From a virus (taxonomy: Duplodnaviria; Caudoviricetes), in IMG/VR virus record IMGVR_UViG_3300033076_000375, positions 64,001-128,000 of that record: DNA of 64,000 bases, one strand, 5' to 3'. Below the pieces are notes generated by a model, which saw only the letters and a program-made list of their open reading frames with translations, did no database searches and was not told where the DNA came from. Positions within the stretch are counted from its first letter, which is position 1, and each line of letters opens with the position of its first letter. Of the stretch, positions 37,652-45,417 are shown in pieces. Both the position numbers and the translations under genes were made by a program.

Positions 37652-37879
37652 ATGGCTACTATAGCAGCTAGATTGAATAGCTCAGGTACACTCTACGCCA
37701 GCAATGGCGTAGTGTTTAATGAAATTAGTCAATCTAACATAAGCATCACTCCTTCGGGGGTGTTTGCTTATCAATTTGACGAAGTTTCAGGTACACTAAA
37801 TAATAGAGCGATGCAACAATACGCCAATGGCGTAGTAAGAATTTCTGGAGTTTTTGACGAGACTACTGGGATTGCATAA
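37652..37879 (+). CDS. Small connector-type protein (75 aa)
   Basis: ARLNSSGTL...F.E...FDE...AMQQ..NG...GVFDE, colinear with the N- and C-terminal ends of ORF 32533. Confidence 0.65.
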   Translation: MATIAARLNSSGTLYASNGVVFNEISQSNISITPSGVFAYQFDEVSGTLNNRAMQQYANGVVRISGVFDETTGIA

Positions 37880-37882
37880 GTA
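37875..37882 (+). promoter_or_regulatory. Late promoter variant CATAAGTA
   Basis: Overlaps the stop of ORF 37652, upstream of ORF 37903. Confidence 0.4.
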
Positions 37883-37902
37883 TTAAGTTGAGAATATAAG
37901 AA

Positions 37903-39543
37903 ATGGCACTATTACGTTCAGGAACACGAGTTTACGGTAACGCTCAAATCGATACCGTTTTAACCGTTGCTGGTACGGTAGCGGCTACCTCAACTACATC
38001 TGGTGCACTACAAATTACAGGCGGCGCAGGCGTTGGTGGTAATCTATATGTTGGCAATAACATTGTAACATCTAAGGATGTTTCGGCTAACAACGCTACA
38101 TTTACTGGTAACTTAATTATCAACGGGAATATTGTATATTCTAATGTTGATACAATGAATATCAAAGATCCGGTCATCGAACAGGGTGGAAGTCCTAATG
38201 GCGCTGCTCTGACCAATAATGATAACAAAGACCGTGGGCAACTTTTACACTACTATACAACGGAACCCGTTGATGCGTTCATGGGCTGGGATAATTCTGC
38301 CGGTGAGTTCATCATGGGTAGTAATGTTACTGTTAGTAATAACGTTGTTACGGTTAATGAATATGGTAACATACATGCCAACTACTTTATTGGTAACGGT
38401 AGTCAACTTACAGGCATCTCAACATCTTCACTGACTGGTAATTTTCATGCGTGTGTGATTTCAAATGTAAGTAACATTATTGCAGGTTCAACACTTCAAA
38501 TCGTTTCTGATTATACTGATACTAACTACCCAGCAGGTGTGTTTACTATTAATCAATTAGGTCCAGTATCTATCACTATGACTGATGCATGGGCAAGCGG
38601 TGGCACAAATAAAGATGCTTATACTAACTATTTGAACGGTATCATCAACACTCAAAACGTTTCAGTGACTTTTGGTATTGCTAATGCAACATTTGATGTA
38701 AAATCAACTGATACTATTACAATCGGTTCTGCAACTATTACAGGTGCAAACATTGTAGCACTAGGTATCAGTGGTACTGGCGGAACATATACGATACCGA
38801 GTTCATATTTTAACTCTACACCGCAAACTTCTGCCAGTGATAGTGTTAGTGTCAACTTGACAACATCTCGTGGAGTATATTCTGCTACTGGTAATACGCT
38901 AACAAATAATCAACCAATACCATTCAATATCACCGCATTCTCTGGTTCATTCCCGTCAAGTTCAGTTCCATATTGGAATGTGAATCAGACATTCTCATGG
39001 ACTGCAACAAAGACTTCGGGCGCAGTCGTTGCTTCCGGTAACCTGTCATACGCTAACTCAGTAGGTGGTGTGTCTGGGTCATTAACATCTACTGGAGAAA
39101 CTTCAGGTACGAGTGCTTCACTTGATAGTACTTTAACATATACGTTAACTAGTAGCGATTATATCGGAGCTGGTGCATATGGTGCTGGTACTCGTCAAAT
39201 GACAAGTAGCGTTTCTGGTACAGTAAACGCTGCAACAAAATATTATCCATTGTTCTGGAAGACTACTACTGACAGCACAATACCAACATTTACAACTAGT
39301 GATTCACATAATAGTAACAACTATGCAACTGGTCAAGGTGCAAATACAACGACTACTGCAAGTAACTATACATGGCTCGCTACTCCAAATACTACATCTC
39401 ATACATTCAAACACGTATTCTTAGGATCGGATATTGTTGACGTTCCTGATGTTACAGGAACAACAACTATCTCTGGTCAAACATATAGCGTATGGGGTTT
39501 CACTAATTTTAGTCAAGTAACAACGATTGTAACTACATCATAA
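37903..39543 (+). CDS. Fibre protein with a Ser/Thr-rich distal domain
   Basis: The N-terminus (MALLRSGTRVYGN) and the DNKDRG.LLHYY...DAFMGWDNSA block are shared with ORF 33419. Confidence 0.65.
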   Translation: MALLRSGTRVYGNAQIDTVLTVAGTVAATSTTSGALQITGGAGVGGNLYVGNNIVTSKDVSANNATFTGNLIINGNIVYSNVDTMNIKDPVIEQGGSPNGAALTNNDNKDRGQLLHYYTTEPVDAFMGWDNSAGEFIMGSNVTVSNNVVTVNEYGNIHANYFIGNGSQLTGISTSSLTGNFHACVISNVSNIIAGSTLQIVSDYTDTNYPAGVFTINQLGPVSITMTDAWASGGTNKDAYTNYLNGIINTQNVSVTFGIANATFDVKSTDTITIGSATITGANIVALGISGTGGTYTIPSSYFNSTPQTSASDSVSVNLTTSRGVYSATGNTLTNNQPIPFNITAFSGSFPSSSVPYWNVNQTFSWTATKTSGAVVASGNLSYANSVGGVSGSLTSTGETSGTSASLDSTLTYTLTSSDYIGAGAYGAGTRQMTSSVSGTVNAATKYYPLFWKTTTDSTIPTFTTSDSHNSNNYATGQGANTTTTASNYTWLATPNTTSHTFKHVFLGSDIVDVPDVTGTTTISGQTYSVWGFTNFSQVTTIVTTS

Positions 39544-39544
39544 T

Positions 39545-40399
39545 ATGGCATTCTTATCCTTTCCATCACCGACGCAACTGAAGAACTTGGCTAATCCAAC
39601 AGATAACCAAGACGCAGTTACTTTGGCATATTTGGATACTGCCTTAAACGGTAGCGGGAATATCGTTGTCGCTAATGTAAGTGCAAACATAGTAACATCA
39701 AATACTGTTACTGCTAATACTGTTACAGTCAATGGAGTAATTAATTTAGGTCCTGTTGGTAATGTAAAGATTGATGGCGGCACCACTGGTCAAGTATTAT
39801 CTACCGATGGAACAGGTAATTTGTCTTGGGTTAACCAAGCAAGTGGTTCTGGTGGACAGGCTCTGCCCAGTGTTAATGTAGATTCATTTACTGCTGATGG
39901 TTCAACAAATTCTTTTCAACTAACAGTTACTCCTGCAGACAAGTCATTGATATTCATCAACATCGATGGTGTATTCCAAATCAGAGATTCGTTTGATTTA
40001 TTGGGTAATGCTATTATCTTTGGAAGTACTCCGTTAAACGGAAGTATCATCGAAGTCAGTACATTTGTAGTTGGTGCAGCAAGTGGCTCGGGGTCATCAA
40101 CCCCAGCAATGTCCTGGTCTATCATAGATGCAAACACAACTGCTACTATAAACAAGGGTTATTTTGTTGACACTACTGCTGGGCAAGTTACACTGACTCT
40201 ACCTTCATCTGCTTCATTAGGTGATACAATCAGAGTAAGCGATGTGGCAGGAACATTTGGATCAAATCAATGCGTGGTTAATGGTAACGGGAATAAGATT
40301 CAAAATCAAACATCTAATTTATTGCTAGACTATAATCAAGCCAGTATCGGATTAGTATTCAGTAGTAGCACATATGGCTGGAAATTAATGGAGTTGTAA
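39545..40399 (+). CDS. Fibre adaptor with an FTADGS module and a C-terminal T4 gp9/gp10-like domain
   Basis: C-terminal GYFVDTT.G.VTLTLP.S...GD.I...D..GTF..N...V..NG.KI motif. Confidence 0.55.
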   Translation: MAFLSFPSPTQLKNLANPTDNQDAVTLAYLDTALNGSGNIVVANVSANIVTSNTVTANTVTVNGVINLGPVGNVKIDGGTTGQVLSTDGTGNLSWVNQASGSGGQALPSVNVDSFTADGSTNSFQLTVTPADKSLIFINIDGVFQIRDSFDLLGNAIIFGSTPLNGSIIEVSTFVVGAASGSGSSTPAMSWSIIDANTTATINKGYFVDTTAGQVTLTLPSSASLGDTIRVSDVAGTFGSNQCVVNGNGNKIQNQTSNLLLDYNQASIGLVFSSSTYGWKLMEL

Positions 40400-40402
40400 T
40401 AA

Positions 40403-42277
40403 ATGACAGGTTATAGTTTAAAATCAGTTAAAGGTATCATAACAGCAGATGTTTTGACTGCACCTGATGGTAACATTCAACTAGGTAATGTAACTATCAG
40501 TAATAGTTTGGGTAACGTTACTCAATCAGATTTCTTGCCGTTTAGCTTAACAATCAATCCAGAAAACTTAGTCATCAACGTTGATGCTGTGGACGCAGGT
40601 GACGACATACATTGGTTATGGACATGGCAACAAACTACGTTGCCTTACGCACGTGCTACAATTACTAACCAGCAACAGTTAAGTGTTCCGTTATATAAAG
40701 ACGGTACATATGTGTTTAACAACTTTGCATCGAATGTAATGCACGGTAACATGACTCAAGGGCATCATGGTTATTTCAAGTGGATCGACGGCGCCGGTAC
40801 TGAGAACTTAATCGACTGGGCTAGTAACTATACACATACTACTGCATCACATGCAAGTATCAATGGTGGTGCAAACACTACAGTTCAGCAGTATTCATTC
40901 ACAGTTCCTTCCTCAATCACAATCCCGACGTTAACTGCACCTAATGTTAGTTATAATGTTGCTGTTGTAAACAACGCATACTATTTGTCAGGTGATGCAG
41001 GTGAAGGTACTAACGTTACACTAGGACCTGTTCGCAGAGGTGGCACATACACATTTAACTTAGATACTAGTTTATTAGGACATAACTTCTATATCACTAC
41101 TGATAACGGTACTGGTTTTGTTGCAAATACATATGTAGGTGAATACACTACTGGTATTACTGGTAGTAGAAATGACGGTTCTACTGGCAAAACTACGTTA
41201 GTTTGGAACGTTGCAAATACTGCTCCAGACACATTGTTCTATCAATCAGCACAGGATGCTAACATTCGTGGTGCAATTACAGTTAAAGATTTAACAGTTG
41301 AAACTAACATCAACGGTAATCCAGTTGTATACTTTCAGCACATGCACGAAGGTCACAAGACTCCTATCGAGATTAAACCAATTCCAACGATGGTTAATCA
41401 AATGTGTTTGGTTTATGATGCCGGTTTACAAGAGTTCGTTCCGCAGGATATGGCAACATATGTTGACAACACTCCTAGCTTTAAAAACAAGATTCGTGAA
41501 GTTGCAGGTACTGCAACATTAGTTGCACCGAGTGGTGTTTCTTTAGTACCTACAGTTCTAGTTGTTGAGAACGTAAGCTACTTGCCATTAGTTGGTAATA
41601 AAGATGGTGACATTGCGTTTGATTCGTATACTGACACATTATATGTTTGGGGTGGTAATACTTGGAATAGTACAAAACCAAATACGATTTCTGCAACTAA
41701 TATTACTGGTACTGTAGCAAACGCAACGGCTGCTGTAACTGCTACTACTGCAAGTACAGTCACTACAAATGCACAACCCAACGTTACAAGTGTAGGTACA
41801 TTAGCAAACTTGACTGCTAGTGGTACTATTAATTTAACTACTGCGTCAAGTGTTAGTTTGGGCAACATTGCTAACGTTAAGATTGACGGTGGTGTTGCAA
41901 ACTATGTATTGAAAACTGATGGAACTGGTAACTTATCTTGGACTGCACAATCAGGTGGTTTGACAACGTTTACTAAAACATATTTGTCAAAGGGTACTAT
42001 TACTGAGGCAACCGGGACATTGCGCTATTACATTCATGCTACCTCTACTTTAACTGCGATTAATGCATACTTGGGCACAACTGGCTTGACACAAACAGTT
42101 GCTGTCGTAAAGAAGAATGGGACCTCAATAAATACTATTACGATACCGGCAAATACTGCTACATTGAATCAAACTGGTCTTTCTATTAGTTTAGCTGCAG
42201 GGGACTACTTGACCGTAGATATTACTCGAGGTAGTAGCGCAACGGATTTATACATTAATTTTGTGTATCAAGGATAA
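40403..42277 (+). CDS. Fibre protein with a cupredoxin-like domain and a C-terminal beta-sandwich
   Basis: Contains RGGTYTFN..GHNFYI..APDTLFYQ and shaft repeats. The C-terminal DYLTVD...ATDL domain is shared with ORF 48291. Confidence 0.6.
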   Translation: MTGYSLKSVKGIITADVLTAPDGNIQLGNVTISNSLGNVTQSDFLPFSLTINPENLVINVDAVDAGDDIHWLWTWQQTTLPYARATITNQQQLSVPLYKDGTYVFNNFASNVMHGNMTQGHHGYFKWIDGAGTENLIDWASNYTHTTASHASINGGANTTVQQYSFTVPSSITIPTLTAPNVSYNVAVVNNAYYLSGDAGEGTNVTLGPVRRGGTYTFNLDTSLLGHNFYITTDNGTGFVANTYVGEYTTGITGSRNDGSTGKTTLVWNVANTAPDTLFYQSAQDANIRGAITVKDLTVETNINGNPVVYFQHMHEGHKTPIEIKPIPTMVNQMCLVYDAGLQEFVPQDMATYVDNTPSFKNKIREVAGTATLVAPSGVSLVPTVLVVENVSYLPLVGNKDGDIAFDSYTDTLYVWGGNTWNSTKPNTISATNITGTVANATAAVTATTASTVTTNAQPNVTSVGTLANLTASGTINLTTASSVSLGNIANVKIDGGVANYVLKTDGTGNLSWTAQSGGLTTFTKTYLSKGTITEATGTLRYYIHATSTLTAINAYLGTTGLTQTVAVVKKNGTSINTITIPANTATLNQTGLSISLAAGDYLTVDITRGSSATDLYINFVYQG

Positions 42278-42280
42278 CAT

Positions 42281-42562
42281 ATGAAATTTGAAGAATTTAA
42301 CGATATTTTTAGAACACCGTTTCTACTACCATGGGAGCATGACTATTATTCTGCGTTTTTTACTGAACAAAAAACACCGCAGGAATTTTTAGATTATGTG
42401 TATCAAACTATTCCTGGACTAAGTGGTGTTTGGTATGAAGTTGTAGGTAACATGGCATATTTTATTGTAAAAAAGGGTACAGTTGTCCCCGAAGATTTTG
42501 CTGATATATTGAACGTAGTCACTGACATACCAGAGCAACCAACAGATGAGGGGACAGTATAA
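42281..42562 (+). CDS. Small acidic hypothetical protein (possible chaperone or adaptor)
   Basis: 93 aa, translationally coupled to the next ORF by a TAATG overlap. Confidence 0.6.
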   Translation: MKFEEFNDIFRTPFLLPWEHDYYSAFFTEQKTPQEFLDYVYQTIPGLSGVWYEVVGNMAYFIVKKGTVVPEDFADILNVVTDIPEQPTDEGTV

Positions 42563-43806
42563 TGTACGTTAAATTAAACTTTACAGCGGATAAACAACTT
42601 AACACTATTTTTCGTATTGTTGACCAGATTATCAATAATTCAGGTATTACTAGCATTGCTACCTTAAGTAGTACTGCAACATCAAACTCATGGTGGTCAG
42701 GATTGTTATCAAATTTAGATACTGCAAACAGTGAAATCATCAGAACTGGCACAGGTAATACAGCATTAACATCAAACACTAAGTCAAAGTACGTAAAATC
42801 TGCCGCGGAAACAGCATCAGATTCACATGAGTGGACAGTTGAATTCTCAACATATGACGCAACCAGTACAAAATATTATGTTCAACATTATGGGACTGGT
42901 GCAGGTGCTTTACTTAGTCTTGGTAGAGTGGGTGTTAGTATTTCAGGCTCAATGACTACAGGCGCGACTCCTGTAGCACAAACTGACACTGCATCTACTG
43001 CCGGCACGTCAGTTGGATTGAATACTACTGGAACAGCATTAGCTAGTTCCGCAAACATGGCGTATTCATCAACCGGTTTTACTAACGTTAGAACATTCAT
43101 AATGTACATCACTGATAAGTGTATGATATGGGCTACTACTAATACTGCAACATATAATAGTGGTTTTGGCGGAACATACAGTAATTCTGCTAACTATTGT
43201 GGACCTTGGATTTATAGTCAATACACTAGATTTGATTATCACAATACTAATGCGAACGGTATCATCCCACTCGCATTTACTAACTTTACTATTGCAAACG
43301 GTCAAGGTTTTGGTGGAGCTACAAACTACTGGAATGCTACAGAAAACGTTTTAGCAACTAGTCAGGCAACTCAAACACTACGAGTAATGAATTGTGTTAA
43401 CGCTTATCCTACTACTGGAGCTAGTTTTCCGATTGTTGTTGCCCCTACAGTTAGTTGGGGCATAGGGTCACGTTATAGCGATACTGCTGCATTGAATGCC
43501 ACAGCAGCCGGGGCAGTAGGCACAGCTACAGCGGCAACATACGGTGCAGTAATTTTTAACACAGTAAGTACACGATACCCAAGTGCCGATTTAAAAACAC
43601 AAACATTTGGAATGTTGCCGATGACTTGGCGACACCTCAACTATTACAATGCCGGTGGTGATATAAGCGCACAGGGTAACTTTTATGTGTTTAATGGTGA
43701 TTATTTCCCAGGTGACGAATATAGTTATGGTGGAAAAACCTACAAAATCATCCCGACATTTATCGGATACAGCCAACGTGTTGGCATTGCAATACCCAAG
43801 GAATAA
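42562..43806 (+). CDS. Virion structural protein (paralogue of ORF 43809)
   Basis: Shares GF.NVRTF..Y.TD.C, QYTR.DYHN...NGI.P, GGx.S.Q...Y.FNGDY.PGD and the C-terminal RVG.A.P.E with the next ORF. Confidence 0.65.
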   Translation: MYVKLNFTADKQLNTIFRIVDQIINNSGITSIATLSSTATSNSWWSGLLSNLDTANSEIIRTGTGNTALTSNTKSKYVKSAAETASDSHEWTVEFSTYDATSTKYYVQHYGTGAGALLSLGRVGVSISGSMTTGATPVAQTDTASTAGTSVGLNTTGTALASSANMAYSSTGFTNVRTFIMYITDKCMIWATTNTATYNSGFGGTYSNSANYCGPWIYSQYTRFDYHNTNANGIIPLAFTNFTIANGQGFGGATNYWNATENVLATSQATQTLRVMNCVNAYPTTGASFPIVVAPTVSWGIGSRYSDTAALNATAAGAVGTATAATYGAVIFNTVSTRYPSADLKTQTFGMLPMTWRHLNYYNAGGDISAQGNFYVFNGDYFPGDEYSYGGKTYKIIPTFIGYSQRVGIAIPKE

Positions 43807-43808
43807 CG

Positions 43809-45044
43809 ATGTTCATCAAACTTCAATACACAGCAGATACTAGAATTACAGTACCACTTCGTACTCTAAAGGAAATTATTAATAATAGTGCAATAACTAG
43901 TGTAAGTTCACTTCAATCAGCTTGGACCACCTGGGACACTGGTTTAAAAGCAAACTTTGACACAGCAAACAGTAATATTGTAAGAACTAATAGTCCAACT
44001 AGTACAGTCGCACATTTTTGTGTAAACCCGTCGGCATCGTATTCATACCTAACATACGGGGAATTTGCATTCACTATAGAACAAGCTACGTATGATGCTT
44101 CTAGTTCTAAGATATATACCCAGTTATCTAGTGCAACAACTACTCAAACAGTATTACTAAATATCGGGAGTGCAATTACAGGTGGAACTATAGCATCCGC
44201 AAGTGCAGCAGTTACTGTCTCAGAAAGTGCCAGTTCAACTGGTTATGGAACTTCATTGACAGTGGGTGGCAATACGTTAGGTAGTGGTAATGCATTGTTA
44301 ACTAGCGGTAGTGGATTCTCAAACGTCAGAACTTTTTGGGCGTATGTCACTGATAGATGTTTCTTCTTTGCTACTACAAATGGAACAACATATAACAGTG
44401 GCTGGGGAACTACTTATAATGATAGTACTAAATTCGGCGGACCGTTCTTTCAAACACAGTATACTCGATACGACTATCATAATTTAGATAGTAACGGTAT
44501 TGTTCCTGTAATCTATACTAGTCCTCGCGGCACAGGTATTGGGTACGGAACTACCAATGATTTGACGACAGTGCAGAATATTTTATATACTACTAACACG
44601 ACTACAGTTCCTATTAGAGCCCATAGTATTGTTTCTGCTCTCCCTCAAGTGGGATCTGCCTGGCCAAAGATTTATAATCCATATGTTAACATGACATATG
44701 CAAGTAGATCCACCCAATCATACGCAGCTAACCAAATACAAGTTATAGGTACAACAACGTCATCTACATTACCTAGTTATGCCGGTGGTATTTCTACAGC
44801 CGCTTCAACTAGATATCCTAATGCTACGTTGACTGCAACAGGGTTTGGTTTAATGCCGTTTGGTTGGGAAGCAAATTATTACGGAAATCACGGTGGTAAT
44901 GCAAGTGAACAATGTGGAGTATACATCTTTAATGGCGATTATGTTCCGGGTGATACTTTTACGTACAACAACAAAGTATACATGATTTGGCCTATGACCT
45001 CTGGGTATAGCAACAGAGTCGGGTTTGCTGTTCCGATGGAATAA
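43809..45044 (+). CDS. Virion structural protein (paralogue of ORF 42562)
   Basis: Colinear similarity to ORF 42562 over its full length. Confidence 0.65.
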   Translation: MFIKLQYTADTRITVPLRTLKEIINNSAITSVSSLQSAWTTWDTGLKANFDTANSNIVRTNSPTSTVAHFCVNPSASYSYLTYGEFAFTIEQATYDASSSKIYTQLSSATTTQTVLLNIGSAITGGTIASASAAVTVSESASSTGYGTSLTVGGNTLGSGNALLTSGSGFSNVRTFWAYVTDRCFFFATTNGTTYNSGWGTTYNDSTKFGGPFFQTQYTRYDYHNLDSNGIVPVIYTSPRGTGIGYGTTNDLTTVQNILYTTNTTTVPIRAHSIVSALPQVGSAWPKIYNPYVNMTYASRSTQSYAANQIQVIGTTTSSTLPSYAGGISTAASTRYPNATLTATGFGLMPFGWEANYYGNHGGNASEQCGVYIFNGDYVPGDTFTYNNKVYMIWPMTSGYSNRVGFAVPME

Positions 45045-45046
45045 TT

Positions 45047-45415
45047 ATGGCACAACCTAAGATAAAAATTGCATGTGTTGCAAATCTCTATACTAGAGAA
45101 ATGCGTTTTGAAAAAGCAGGTGATACTGAACTTGGTCACAAGCATCCGTTCAACCATATTACATTTTTATCTTCAGGTAAGTTAAAAGTTGAAACAGAAC
45201 TTGGTGTTTCTGAATTTTCTGCCCCCCAAATGGTTTTCATTCACAAAGACTATATACACGAATTGACTGCATTAGAAGATAACACCGTAGCTTATTGCAT
45301 TCATGCATTAAGAAACGGTGACGGTATTGATGACATTATTGATGAAGATATGATACCTGCGGGAATGAACGCACCTGAAATTTTTGAAATAGTGAAAACT
45401 GTTAGCCTAGGATAA
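45047..45415 (+). CDS. Cupin (RmlC-like) domain protein
   Basis: GHKHPFNHITFLSSG.L.V ... F.AP..VFI.....HEL.ALED, matching cupin motifs 1 and 2. Confidence 0.7.
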   Translation: MAQPKIKIACVANLYTREMRFEKAGDTELGHKHPFNHITFLSSGKLKVETELGVSEFSAPQMVFIHKDYIHELTALEDNTVAYCIHALRNGDGIDDIIDEDMIPAGMNAPEIFEIVKTVSLG

Positions 45416-45417
45416 TT

